From Laetmonice hystrix (Eukaryota), in assembly GCA_965235115.1 (NCBI GenBank), contig OZ249436.1, positions 33,852,001 through 33,916,000 on the forward strand: 64,000 nucleotides of DNA. Direction: 5' to 3'. A program made the position numbers and the translations under genes. The notes under the pieces are model-generated. The model did not search any database. It was not told where the DNA came from and worked only from the letters and a program-made list of their open reading frames with translations. Positions 36,101-51,100 of the stretch are shown here, piece after piece (position 1 is the first letter of the stretch; each line of letters starts with the position of its first letter).

Positions 36101-39100
36101 CATGTTGTGCCTGACTTTAGGGTCGTGAAGAATGATTTAGCAATATGTCCACTGAAATGAAGCATGCACTTAATCATGGCACCAACTGGGTGCAGACTGT
36201 TGTTCGAATCAACTCTTTGACGGTGCAGTCGGGTCAGTGCCATTGTCATGCTTCTTCTCAGTAGGCCACATCTTCTCACAGGCTCAGCTCGAGGAAGTGT
36301 CAAAAGCTGCATCCTTTTTCTGATCGCCAAATGTCACCCAAAAATGGCACTGGCTGGCGATAACACTGAGCGGCCAAGTTGATGATGACTCAGGACGAGG
36401 CGGTGGTGTGGTATGCTGGCCGAGGAGCCGCGATGTTTTCATATCGAATGGTGAAACCGTTTCTGTTAGTCTCAACCTGTCATTAACATGGGTCACTTGA
36501 AGTTATGATTCTGAGTACGTTGGGAGAAATGTTTGTAGGACTTGGTATGCGCCCATTGGCAGCCATTTATCAAACATGTGCCACGTGGACCTTATTTTGC
36601 TGGTGCTTACTGTGAAATAAGCAGGCTGGAGTAGGTGTATTTGGTATGTTTTGCGGTGAGCAGTAGGGGTAGTTGGAGGGTATTAAAAATGCTACTTCGT
36701 TGTTTGCTGCAGAGATTATATTTGGGTACCATGCCCACAAATGTAAGAAAAACAATGGCCACATCAAAAGTGGTCAGCATTAGTCAATATAAGCATACCC
36801 AGTTATTGCAATAAACATACTGGGTACTATTATATTGACTTCTTTACATACGAAATTAAAAATTCTTTGTTCTATTTTCTCACTTTTCCAGTTAAATACT
36901 CAGAATGGCTTCATAAACTTGACAGCTGACTTTCAAACAAGGATTTAATCATGTTTGAAAGATAGTGTGGTTAAGGTGGTTGTGCTTTTACAGGATGTAT
37001 GTAGTGAAGGTTGACATAATATTTGTTGAACATCAGGAAACATAAAACATCAACAATGGAGTACCGGTAGTGACTGTATTGTTGATATACAATGCACTTG
37101 ATGATTAACGAATTTGGCACAATGTTCTCAGACATAGAGGCTGACCCACTTGGATTGTGGTTTGACAAGCACATCAGCTCATCATTTGTACACATCATGC
37201 TGGTTATAGCCTCCAACTGAATGGTTAGTCATGTTGTGTTATCGTTATTTTTTTTTCAGAGCCGTGGTGGAGAAATACCTCCTAGAAAAGTCAAGAATTG
37301 TTTCCCAAGCTGAGAATGAACGGTGAGTGTAGTAGTGTTCAGCGGAAACTTCATTAAAAAATGCATTTGTGGAAATGCAAGGATTTTGATTCTTTGTTAT
37401 GGTTAAACATGAGACCCACGTACCCGCATTTTTCATATCTGACTTGTGACTTTAAAGTTGTGTCGCCTTTCTGTTGGTAAATAGAAGTGTCCCGTAAGGA
37501 ATAAGATGTGACCCGTATCTTGCTGTTAGTATCATTCTTTGCTATCGAGAAGCAGATTCAAGCATCACGGCCAGCACTGCTACTTCTACTATTACTATGG
37601 TCCATGAGAAAGTTCTTGCTTTGCGTTGTACAGAAGGTTACTGGTATATATACTTGAAGCAGTATAAGGACAATAAATGACATGACAACAACACAGCGCC
37701 CGCATAGACAATTATAGATAATTAGAATTGAATTAGAATTCATCATCTGGTAAATTGTTGGTTTTCTGTTAAGACACCCCATATGAACATATGGATTTAC
37801 ACTTGATGATTGACCAATGAGTTTTGTATGTGTGTTTTCAGAAACTACCATGTGTTCTACTACCTGTTGGCTGGAGCCAATGATCATGAGAAGGAAGTGC
37901 TCCACCTCACACATCCAGAAAACTACTTCTATCTCAACCAGGTGGGCATCTCAAAGCGAGCATAGTCAGCATGCTGCCTACAATAATGTTCTATAGATAT
38001 TTTACCCTCCCATTAACCAAGTTATCACTCTGCCGAAGTTACTGGACAATATTAGTGAGTTAATCAAGGTTACAACGAACTGGATGAATGATTTGGTGAA
38101 AAGTGACCTTTTGGACATTTTGGTGTACAGGTTTTGGATTTTATTGCAGAGTAAGTGCTACACTCTGGAAGGAATTGATGGAGAGTTTGTGGATGAGGCG
38201 CATGAATTCACCCGTCTCCGGCAGTCTATGGAGATGGTCGGCTTCTGCACAGAGCTCCAAAGGAGGTAAGGTTTCAAACAAAGGAAACAGAAATTGGACA
38301 AAGCATTGGGGATTTTAGATAAGAAATGGATGGTTTGAAATTAAGTTGGAATTCCTGAGAGAAAGACAATTTAAACAAAGGTCCAAAAATACAGATAAAA
38401 TGTATTTATGCGACCAGCCATGGAAGGTATTTTCTCAGGTAAGTATTTTAATCAGGAAAGCAGTCATGATTTTGGAGAACAGTACTTTTAGTACAACTGA
38501 CATAGAAGGCGATGATGTGGAGAGAGTTTGTGAAATTGAAGAAATCCTTTCAGATGTATTCATCAGCTTGTGAATTACAAAGATTGTACCTCTCTTATCT
38601 ACCTCAGAATCTTCAGTGTCCTAGCAGCAGTACTTCATCTTGGCAACATAGAATTCCGAAGGGTATGTTCACTTTACAATACCTTTAATATACAAAGTTA
38701 TATTTATTGATTCTCATAAAATTTAGAAATAGTTACTAATGTGATTCATATGCCACTTGCCACCCACCATTTCAGGGACCTAATTGGGAGTTCTTGGGCA
38801 GAGAGGGTGATCTCCAGCAAGGAATTCTTTGGCCAGAAGGCTCTTTCTTAAAATTCGTAAGGGAACTACGGTAACTGGGTGTTTTTAACTACATGTTGTA
38901 CTGGGTAAATCTCTAAAACCCTTCAAGGAACTAACCGGTCACTAACTGGTCACTATAAAAAGGATCAGCAGTCAAAAAACATTATTATAAGGTCATCAGT
39001 CAACGGTTTAAAACCAGCCTTCAAGTTAACAATAGGGCCCGGCCATGTCTGCAAAAAGCAAAGAGAGCTGACCGCTAACCCTTGTTGTCCTCGGGGAAAT

Positions 39101-42100
39101 TTGGCAGGTCTCTTCCCGTAAATCTAAAGCATCACTGATTTACATGTTTATGGGAATAACTGCTGCTGATTTTGGTCTGGCATTAGATGAAAGAAGGTGA
39201 GAATGAGGAAAACTTTCTTCGAATAACATTGGACATGTCGTGGCAGGCCCTCAGTCCTAAGCATACCCAGTTTCCCAGGCACAGATTCTATGTTAAATGA
39301 AATATTATTAGAGATTTTGCAGGGGTATGTAAATCTGTCGACTCTGACTGGTATTTGGGTCATCCCTTGACCCGGAGGCAAAAGCCTTGAGCCCTGAATG
39401 CCGATAAAAAAGAAGACGGCAGGTACAATTTTGCACCTGTTCCACTCATCTGAAACGTTTTCGGCACATAACATCTGACGTTGCCGTTTAATGATGCATG
39501 TAGACCTGCACACGCCTGTGCTTTTTGGTAAATATTTTTCGAGGTAATTTACTGAAACCATAACATAGCGGTGTAATTTGTTTTGTGCGCCAACTAGAAG
39601 AGCTGTCAATTCCAGGCTGACTCGGCATTTGTTTGTGTTGACATATCTGTAGTGTTTGTAGGAATTTCTCAGAGAAAGCTGAATAATACAGCAGAATGTC
39701 AGTAGCCATCAGAAATGCATTATGTCCCTGCTCTTTCCACCCCATCCATTCTAAATATTTGATTCTTCTTGATTACCAATGGGATGGAAGTAGTCCGCAC
39801 TGAAACGGGTTGAATTATTTTACATGTATTTATTTCCTTTTGATGAGATAATCAGTAAACGCCCAAACAAAAATGAGAAAAAAAAAGAAAACCTTACAAG
39901 ATGAGAGCATTTAGTGGTATACGTTCTGCCAGGTATGTTTTCAGTTCAGTTCAGTTGAAGTGGAGTCTTTTTTAAATGGCTGTATGACAGTTGCAAACTG
40001 TTGCCAGAGGGCACACATTTAGCCTGTGATGGATGTTGCAAGAGGGCAGGTGTTGGTGGGCCGAGCCACTTTGACAAATTGGTCAGCATTACTTAGTAAA
40101 GATCAGAGAGAAGCATTATCGTCCATAAAGTACATGTTTTCCGAAGAGCATAGTATTTTTTCTTTTCCTTTTTGGATCCGCGTAGGAGTGCAGACAACCA
40201 AATGATTGGATATAAGCCGGTTTTAGGGTGACAGAGTACAACAGATGGGGGAGGAGACAGGAGGTTACAGTAGTACTCCCGAGAAAACTCCCTAGTTCAC
40301 GTACAGATGGGGGAGGAGACAGGAGGTTACGGTAGTACTCCCTAGAAAACTCCCTAGTTCAAGTCTTAAACTGTATGCACAGGAACCCAACAGAAAAACT
40401 TCCGCCACCCATCAGCTGCAAGATTGCAGTAAGTTGGGATCTGTCAGTTTAAAGGGGCTCATTTGGATGTACCAAATTGCCGAATTCAGAAATATATTTG
40501 CATGTGTACCTTGTATGTGTCCCAGGGTGGTCAATAAGTACGGGGAAGCGGTCATAACTGTTCTCGGAGCTGTTCCAGTCCAAAACAAACCTGACACACA
40601 TGTACGTGGTGTAAGTCTAGGTGTCACGTCAGTAAACACACGCCAGCAGCCTTCAATGGGTGGGCTCGTTGAGACAATTTAAGGAGCTGTCAAAAAATGT
40701 CTGAATCTTGTGGAAATCAGTGCTCATACGTCTCTACGTATAAATATATAAGCGCTGCAGTAGCTACAGTCTAAACTATCTAGAAACAATCGAAAAAAGC
40801 CACTTTTGTGGGTTTAGACCAAATAAGCCCCTTTAAACCCCAATATTTGATTTTAACATTTAATGTTTTACCCTCCTCTTTCATACGGGGATTGTGTTTT
40901 TAATGCAATAGAAAATGCGACCGAAGTTCTCTACAGTTTTTGCTGTCTTGATGCTGGAGTCGTAGGAAAAATTCGTGTAGAATTGTGGAGAAAACAGGTG
41001 CAATAGCTTGGAACCATTCGGAGCTGACTGGCTATTTATATTGATAACTCGTGGCTGGGTCCTAATCTCTGGGTGTCAGAGGGCAGCGAACCAACAATAA
41101 AACTGTCAGCCCTTGCCGAGTAGTTGTTCAACTCGCCTCTACTTCCGCCACGTCAGCCGGCCGTCGTGTTGAGGGCGGGGGGAACGTTCTACTGGTACGT
41201 GCAGGGTGCTCTGTGTGATGTTGGCAGCTTGAGGATTTTGGCCAGAATTTTCCAAAGGAACGAATTTTTAAAAAGGGGTCTCAGGGAGGACAGGTAAAGT
41301 TTAGGGTAGTCCTTAATTAATAGTTGACAATGCCTGCTTTTGTATAGGCTCGGTCGCCGCCCAAATGCTCCCTCTCCCCCCCCCTACACACACACACACA
41401 AAATCTGAGCCAGAGCCTGAGATGAGACGTAACTAAAAACCCCAATGTTGAGACTGAGGTGATCTTAGTCTCAATGAGGTGAGCTTGAAAACGAGGTTTT
41501 GGTCTGAAACTTGACTCAAGCTCAAATATAAAAACTGGACCCAGGATCCAAAGGATTGCCTTGAATTGGATTTTTTTTTAAACAAGAATGAACCACAGGT
41601 AAAATGGTGGAGAACCGCACATGAATGTTGTGTCACTCGGCACTAGCTAGGGCCGCCTGAATGGTGCAACCGGAGACGATCCTGTGCTATCACTATGTAA
41701 TGTCAGCCAAAGATAGCAGATGTACATGATGTAATACGGAATGCAAGTGGGGTTAGATGTGGGTTGTGACGGGAAACATGTGGGTTGGTAAGGGCATGCT
41801 GGGTTGATTGCAATCTATCGGGGAACGCAAACTGTTAACAGATAACTGAGGGAAAACCTGGGAATTCCTTATCTCTGACACACACAGTTAGGATGGATGA
41901 AACCACACTGGTATTAAATCGGTGTGTTTGGCTACAGCCGTGGATTTGGATGGGGTAGATTGATTTACTTGGTGTGAAGAAGAACCGGACGATTGAGGAT
42001 TTTCTGGAATGTATCAAAGACTAGTCTTTTAAGGGTAAGGCCAGGGTTGAGCAAGGGAATAACATTTAATACACTATCTGCTTGTCATAGGTTCTCTGCT

Positions 42101-45100
42101 TAAAATCTATCGATATCTTTGGGACGCTTCTCTTAGGGATGACATGGCACTGGAAGAAGTCCCTACTTGTTGTTTATGTGCCAAAAGTATCTTGTCATTA
42201 AGTTTTAAACTTTAAAAAAAGGATCTGACATTGAATAGGTTGTTCCTAGAAAAATAATTAACTGACCCGAGCTGATTTAATGCCATGTCGGCCATTGAGG
42301 CGATCTTTGTGGTGAAACAAGATTATATACTAGAATAGCACCAAAGAGGGTGTGGGAGATGTTTCCTACTCCGTCGGCCGCGGGGTATTTGGTGAAGGGA
42401 GGCAGAGGTCTCTGGTCCTGTAATCTACAGTGATTTGTTCCTTGACGCGGCGGTCATAAAACGGGGAACAATTTGACGATGGCCAGGGTAGCCAAGAGCC
42501 CTGGTTGGCCCAGCTGGCCCCCAGTTTTTGGCGCAAGGCAATGGCTGTGGGCCGTTGCCAGTGTTTTTGCAGTAGCTTACCAATGTCAGAAGGGCTGAGC
42601 TATCCGTCGTAGCACCATCGACGTAATCTTGCCATGTCACAGCCGGCCTTCAGCGCAGTACATGATAACCACAACGGTTTGGGACGAATAGAAATAATCT
42701 AGGATTTTTTACAGTGTAAACGAATGTATTCGACCGCCTTTTACAGATAGCATGCCGTGCTTGTGATAGCGGGGTTGTGGGATGACTGGGAACTGTTAGA
42801 GACGTATTACTGAAGAATAAATGTAGAAGATTTGGGGGTCGAAGGACCCTCTAGACAGGACAGGGCCTCTTGAAATAATTTAGTGTAACCGTTGAAATTA
42901 CATGTATCTTTGCCACAAAGGTACTATGCTGCCCATAGCATGCTTTAAAGTTTACCTAGTTTTACCACAGTTTTTTTAATGGATCTCATGTGTGTCATGT
43001 TGAGTGAGATGAATTTTTGAGATATTGGACCAGTCAGCACTAAATGCACGAAAGTGCCCCCACCCCCACCCCCACCCCCACCCCCATAACAAAAATCGTA
43101 ATCCTTCTCTACTTTTAACTCTGCCCCCTCTATCTTCTTGTCTTTCCCGTTTTCTTTTTCCTGTAATCGGGAAAACTTGATACCATGATCCAGTAGGAAG
43201 TTGTTATCAGTGAAAAACATGTAGGCCTAATGTACACACGGAAATTAGACATGAGACGGTAGGAGGCTGTCGGTGTGTGGGAGTGGGCGGGCTGCGGCCG
43301 TAGTTCGTGTGGTGGGTCAGGGGATGGGGGAGGAACTTATATCTAGCATTCGTAATCATGCAAAATGGAAAGGAAAGCACATGTAGTTATACCCCTTTGA
43401 TCCCTAAGATGTTGGTCATGTACATGTGTCCATAGTACCGGAATGTAGGATCATTCCATCTCACAATATGCTGTCTCTGCCTTAGACGGGAAAAGAAATC
43501 TTTCCCTGCACCTGTACAGTAGCTTCCTGTGGCAGTGCCACCAGCGCTGACTGACATCTAGGCTCGAGAAGATAATAAACAGCATAGATGGGGCAAATAT
43601 TATGTTGGAGCTCAGGCACCTGGCTGAAACATTGCCTGCTGCCTTCCTTGCCACAAGTCAGCATGTCTTATTTTTTTCTTCCATGTCTAAGTTCTGAGTT
43701 GCAGCCTCCAATTCATAGAGACTGAGCTATGATGAGTATTTTGAACATATTTGACATGGCGGGCGTTTCCATATGGCATCAGATGTAAGTGTACGTGGGT
43801 GGGTCAGTGGGCCAGTGACCCAGTGCTAGCGGGCCGCCTGGTGAACCCAAGCCAAACAACACCCGGAAACAACTCAACCCCCAGAAACAGGGGAAACGGC
43901 CCCGGTGTCGTCAACATCCACTACTGAGCGGGGAAATGGAAGAAGGGAAGGAAACTGAGATTTGATGATTCATTCAGTTTCTGCACTGGAAGGGGGCCTG
44001 GCTGCCTAATTCTGAGTCTACCACAATAAATCACATATATGTGAACATTTTGTAAGGACAAGAGCATACTTGATAAATGACGTAGATTTTAATTCTTTCA
44101 CAAATGTCGTACATACCAAAAGAAAGTGTTAACATGCACGAAAGGCAAATTCGACTATTTTTGTCGAGTGACGCCATAGTATGCAGTCGAGATGCTCCTT
44201 AGAACATGTTGGCCAGCCTAAGTCTGCTAGAGACCACCCAGGTTACGTGATAGATAGGACTCCTTGCCAGCCAGAATGAGCCGTATGTTTACAACTCATT
44301 GTGATAGATAGGACTGTCAGCGACTGTCAACATAAAGGGTGATAGCCATGTTTGGTGTGTCGATCAGTCACACTCCAGCCCTCTGTGGGTGTAGGGGGCA
44401 ATGGTACCGGGTAATAGATATAATATTCACAGCCAAATTTAACCATGTTCCCAATCTAGGGTGGCAGGCATATTTCTAGGAATCTGACTTTTCTAAACGT
44501 TTTTTTTATTATTATGATGTTGTTACCAGAAAGCAGACCACCAACATCATGAGGCAGTCAGCATCAAGGATATCACCACTGTTCAGATCATCTCCAGCCT
44601 ACTCAAGGTCAGTGTTACACTTGGAGATTCAATGAGGTCCTGTGTGTATCGGGAGGTTTTTTTCTTATACTGAAGTAAAACAGAACCTTTGTTGAGCGTT
44701 CGGTTATGGTTTCAGGTAAAGGAAAGCACGCTGATCGAGGCATTGACAAAGAAGAGAACGACAGCAGGGGGAGAGACAGTCGTCATGAACTACAACATGG
44801 CCGATGTAAGTGTGGGAAATGGTATAATTAGTGGGGGAGGGAGAGTAGGAGGGAATAAGTTAGCATTGCAGTATGAGTTCGGGTAGAACTAGCGGCAGCT
44901 GCCCACCGCATGTATTGAGTGCCTTTAACATACCATGAAGCTTCACAAAATATGGAACAAAAATGCTAAACATTAAAAATGAAAAGTTCTCGTATTTACA
45001 ATGCCCCAACTGTCCAAGTCAGCTGTTTTACCAAACTCACATCCAGAGTACCCAAATCTGTACCTGGATAATGAAAGCTAAAGTTATTATTTTGTTCTGC

Positions 45101-48100
45101 GTACAAAGATTTGTCTGTTGACCTTGCAGGCTGTAGCTACGAGGGACGCGATGGCCAAGTGTCTGTACGGAGGCCTGTTCGACTGGATTGTACTGCAGGT
45201 CAATCATGCACTGTTGTCAAAACAAGAGATGCGCGAACACCAGGGCAACTCCATTGGTGTCCTCGATATCTTTGGCTTTGAGGACTTCGGAAAGAACAGT
45301 TTTGAGCAGTTCTGTATCAACTACGCCAATGAACGGCTACACTACTACTTCAACCAACATATATTCAAGTTTGAGCAGGTGATTTATGTCGCGAGTAATA
45401 TTTTTTGACAGGTGTAATCAAAAGAAAAGCATAGTTCTAAGCAAAAATTCTCAAGTGAATTAGATGAAGTGTTTAATTAGATGAAGAATGTAGAACTCTA
45501 ATATTGAATGGCAGGGTTTGTGTTTTGATGTCTCATAATAGACTGAGGGTGTTTTTATGAGTATCAAGATATGAGGAGGATGACAATTACAAGCCGGATG
45601 GATGGTGTACATTCATGTCTGCTGGATCCTAGTCACATTGTCATGCTGATTGTGTTTACAGGAGGAGTATGTTAGAGAAGGCATTCAGTGGAAAAACATA
45701 GAGTTCATTGACAACACACACTGCCTCGACCTGTTCGCCAAAAAACCCACTGGTCTACTCTTCCTTCTCGATGAAGAGTGCAAGTAAGTCTGAACATTTC
45801 TGAAACATTGGTTCCCATCTTTCTGACTGCAGGTCTGCTTGCCATTCCCGTTTCCTTTACAAACCACCAGGTGGCAGGCCAGTATTGGCTGTGTTTTGAC
45901 CGGGTCGTTGGCCCATATCTAAAAGCCCTACCACCTTTTCATGCAGTTTGTCAGAAGAGAAAGTCCTCTCTATCACTGCTACAGACATTTGACATTAGTG
46001 AGTTCCACTAATAAGTTAAAATGTAATGCCATTGTGAGATAATCAAGACACATTGATGAAAACGTAATAGAAGAAGCTAATAAAAAAAATACATGTCCAT
46101 GTTCGTTTGTTGGACACATCATGTAATGGCATCTTCTTTTATGTAGCTTCCCTGGAGCAACCAATGACACATTGTTGGCCAAGTTCCATGCCCAGCACCA
46201 GAACAACCTCTACTATGAAGTACCCCAGATGAGGGAGAGTGCCTTCAGTGTCGTGCACTATGCCGGCAGAGTCAAATACCAAATACAGGTAAATTGTCGA
46301 CCTCTATCATACAAGTTGTCATCTTACATGCTCTCAATTCTGGCAAATGTCAGGGAAGGCAAAGAAAGGTACCAGTAATGTTATTTTGGCTCCCCAAAGA
46401 AGGAAATAGTATTAAGAAAGTTTTTTGAAATTGTCAATAATATTTTGAGTATAGGGAGCCGAAGTAGGTCACGAGATGTTGCGTTACAACGCGATAAAAG
46501 TCGATTTTGTTGACACGTCATTATCGCTCACGCTTGCATTGCGCTGGCCATAGGGAACGGCTACTGCCAACTTCAACTCGTGATTTCTCTGTAATTATGC
46601 TGCCCTTTGTAATGAAGCCTTCCCAGATATTTGTATCAACCTGTTTTATGCTTGAATAAATAACTTTTATACATAACAACACAAAAATCTTCAAGACTAG
46701 GCCGATCTTTGGAACGATGTCTCTTCATCCTATGTTAAACCAATGGGGAAATTTGTGACGCAACAATTGTGTGTCAACATTGACGCTCCATTTGTACCTC
46801 CTATCCAGAAAATCCATAACTGTGCCGCGAGACTTCGGCGCCCTATTGCCCAAAACTTCTATTATATGCTGTTGTTTATGTAGGACTTCAGAGAGAAAAA
46901 CTCAGACCTTATTCGGCACGACATCATGTTGGTTCTGAAGAACAGCAGTCTGGCATTTGTTCGTGAACTTGTAGGTGAGTTGTCTGCAAGCTTGTAGAAC
47001 GGTTATGTATGGAACCTTTCTCTGAATGCAAAGCTGAGTTGTCAAGTCTAAATTTTTTTTTTTTTAAATGGTGTCCTTAATAGCAGTGTTTATTGATCTA
47101 TGTCAAGGTCTTTAAGAATGCCTGTAACAATGAATATTCAATGTGCTCTTCCCCTATCTATCATGTAATTAAAACTTGCCTATTGTGTGGAGTGTATGTA
47201 TTCTAATTAAATAACCTGTATGAAAGTATCGGGTCTTTCCTGATTTCCTGATCAGCATGCCACAATATATCTGACAGGGTATGATCCAGTGGCCGTGTTG
47301 AGGTGGGCGATAATCCGGGCATTCTTCCGAGCATACTTCGCGTTCATTGATGCAGGCCGTCGACATCGAAGGTCGTCAGGTACAGCCGCCCAGGGGGCAG
47401 CCTCATGTAAATACAACAGTACTGACTTAGATCTGCATCTGTATCATCATCATGAACATTGTATAACATCTGCTGTATTCCTCTGAACTGGACAAGTCTC
47501 AAATTTATCATATTACAGTAACAATGCTGCTTTTGGATCAGTCTACCGTCCAGGAAAACAAATTTGTATCATTAATTGATACCAATGTGATATTCATACT
47601 ACCCATTTATACTGAGGTAGCCTCTCCTTTTTTTTGAATAATGGTAAATGTGTTCTTTTTATGTATATATATGTATATCATTTGTGGGTAGCTTGTGTAT
47701 TTTGGTAATGGGAAGTAAAATACTACCCCGGTAGTAAAACTGACTAAAGTTGCACAATATCACTTTTTATGAAGGGAACAAGTTTGGCGCCATCTTGCGG
47801 CAGCAATCACAGTCACATCGGGCACAACACTTAAGTATGCCCCCAGGTGACATGAGGTAAGTCGGGGAAGGATTTCACAAAATTTGAGTGCTTAGAATAT
47901 TGAAAGAGAAAAATACAAATGAGAAAATTTGTGTTCAACACTTAAAAGTCATTGACAGGGTTTTGTCATTGCTTACGCATTGCAATTGCCACAAGTGATA
48001 TTGCCCCGTCTCATTTTGACACATTGGGTTTCAAAACATGTGTCATATAACTTCGAAAATTTGGTGTTTAAAAAATGAAAATGAAAATATTCACATGCTT

Positions 48101-51100
48101 GTAATGAGTTGATGTAATTATTTATTTGAAGAGGGCAGTGTTACATTATCGAGGAAATTGCTAGTTTTAAGAGCAAAGATCAACACCAATATAATCGCTT
48201 TGATTTATCACCGAAGGTTAGGGCTATATTGCTATGCTTTTTTTTTAGTAAGGTATCAATTCTAAAGTTATTGGTAGCTATTTTTCCCAAGTAGTTTGGT
48301 AAGTTGCTGCTGATTGAGAAAAGTAGCTGCATTCAAGCACCTAGGTGGTCTGTACATACACTACACTTGAATTTTTTACAGTAATTCTCATATGGTGTGC
48401 ATATATGTCATATCCAAAGGTGAAGGTATTAGTGTAACAGAAGATTAGGGTACTAAACTCAAATAATCATTTCGGAATTATGAAACCATATGTAGTTTTG
48501 TGAAATAGACCTTATGTCTGTAGTCAAAATTTCTCCTGATCCTGCTGCAACGAATTTGAATCTAATTAGAAGGCAAGTTCTGAAATTGAAAAAAGTAATT
48601 TCAGAGATTCAGTTCTGAAGTACGGGTAGTTATTTTAAAAAAAAAAAAAAATCAATTTAAAGCATTCCATAGCATGATTCTGTTTTGTGATAGTAATCAT
48701 GTTTTTATAATCCCGGTAATATTTTTTTTCTAAATATTGTTTTTTGATTGGCTATTAAATGTCGTTGGGTAACAAGTGCCACGTAAATGTGTAAAGGTGT
48801 CTTCTTTTTTTTCCTCTGCTCTTTTTGTCGCTGAACGCAGAAACCTTTTCCAAGTGACTCTCGCATTCTCAGTGTTAAAACGGATTCAGTAAGTGCCACC
48901 TGTTTGCCTTAATCAGAGCAGCCACCTTTTTGTCCTGTTAGGTTGTCCTGACCACTGTGGTTGTTTGTCCCTGGCTGTGGGATCTATTCTCACCAATTTG
49001 CATGTTGGATGCAACTTGGTCTGCACAATTACCAGTAACACCTATTCAAGACCTGTTTGGGACATACTAACAAAACAAGTCGCATTCAAAGAATGGATGA
49101 AGTGCATGTTTTTGGACCTTTCCTGACAGACAATCAAATACGGTTTGTCAAAAAGGGTTTTGCTGGTCTAGTTGTGCAGGTGAAGTTGTTGATCAGTCTT
49201 GTCACCCTCAAACACAACGTGATCTCTTTCCAGGAATGAGCATTGTTTGTGATGCCATATTTTGTTGTTTTGGTTTTACTGGATGAAAGAAGCCCTCTTG
49301 ACGGTTTTGTGTTATGGTCAACGTTTTTTTCCCCTCCTTGTTTCCCTTATTTTTCCAGCCATTGCCGCAAAGTGATCATTGTAGAGCGGGACCCTAGTGG
49401 GAGACGTAACCATAGGCATGCCAGTTACCATGGCCCGGTGTTCGATGCTCACTTAGAGGCCCTAAATGGCATTGAGGGTGGTGAAAGAGAGGCTCTGGCA
49501 GCAGCAGAGGATTCTGGGATTGAGGCCTGCCAAGTAGCAGACGCCAGCATGCCATTCTCGGCCCCAATGGTTGCGGCTGTGCATGAAACTGAGGCTTGGG
49601 GTGCCGTCAGTGGTTATGCCTACGGTTCTGATTCTCGCGCCATGCGTCGTGCAAGTCGCGTACTCATGTATGTCTACATATATATGCGTCTCAATTATAT
49701 CCCTAAAATACTCAAACCAAGCTTTCCATTGCATGACCTGCAGCAGATTTTTCATATGGTATGTAGGGTTTTAGTTTATACAAACATGGACCAGTCAGAA
49801 TTCAGAAGGTACCTGCCAACACCAAACTTGATGGCTATTTCTCTCAAAATCATGTTAAGAATATTTTATTTAAGTTTAATGCTATGAAACCCCCAAAAGA
49901 ACGCTTTCAGATGTTAAAAAAACTGCTTGTCAGATTTTTGCCGACTGAACCGAGAGGGTGCACGATTCTTATACATTTGTAGTAACAAAAAATACATAGT
50001 AAAGGCCTTCCTTTTACAGCCCTGTCTGCTGGTAATTGGAATATCAAGACAGATGATTGTGATTCAGCTGAAAACGTTACAGACCGCTCACACCGAGTGG
50101 TGGTCTAGTAACGAACAGGTTGCATGCCATGGCAAGGGTTGGTTTGGGGGTGATTTTAATCTCTACGCTCCACCCAAATGTTTGCTCTTGCTGTTGTAAT
50201 CATCAAATTGGTGATGTATTATTATAGACGATGATGGGAGTTGACACCAAAATCTTGTGTTGTTCAGTGACTTGGACGTACTAAGCTTATCCACACAGTT
50301 TCAAGACATTGTGATGGCAAATGCAGTCATGCTGTAGGAATGCTCTCAACAGTGCTTCAGTAATTTAACAAAGGCTTAGCTTCTAACTATACTAAAGTGA
50401 AGAAAAGGAATTATTTCGTTGATACAGGAATGTAACAGAGAGCTTATGTTCAGATATCCCCAAAGTAAAGGTGTTAACAGATTATTTTGAGATGGATATC
50501 AAAAACAGGAAAGGCATTAGAAATAATAAAATGAACTTTAGAGATAAGAAATTATGCCCTGTGTGTAAAGTCGTGTATTGCTCGTATACAAAAAGTTGGC
50601 AATGAAGGGAAATTTGTATTTGCTGAATATTATCTGTTGATTCTGGAAAGGTAGGAACGGATTTGTATTAAAGAGGGCTATATGGGTTCTTTGCAGAAGT
50701 CGTTATAATCTCATTATACCTCTTGGCGTAAACCTGGTACAGTACAGTAACGCAGACTTCCAGTTAATTGCTGTAAATCTCCAGTAACAAATTGTAGTTA
50801 CTCTATCGTAGTGTGATGTCAATCTGGTAACGCCTTTGCTATGTTTAGTTGCCATATTTAACATACTTGCCAAATCAGATTGATCAGATATTTCTTTTAG
50901 AATTAAGTAATGATACACACGTTTTTGTTCTTTTGAAAATTGATCATGGAGGTTGGCTGCACTTTTTTTTAATTGAAGTTTGCACGTTAAGACATTTATT
51001 TTGCAATGAGCATCGCAGCAGCTTATATACTTTAGATGATGAGTCACAAGCAAGCAAATTTGGAATCCAACATTATGGAAAGTTACTATATTGCTTCACC

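Noticed and set aside
50020-50031. 12-nt symmetric micro-exon candidate in loop 2 (cttttacag|ccctgtctgctg|gtaatt)
   Set aside because: Would insert PVCW into the conserved RVL-M-KSKSFKP segment; matches this short are expected by chance. RNA-seq could revive it.
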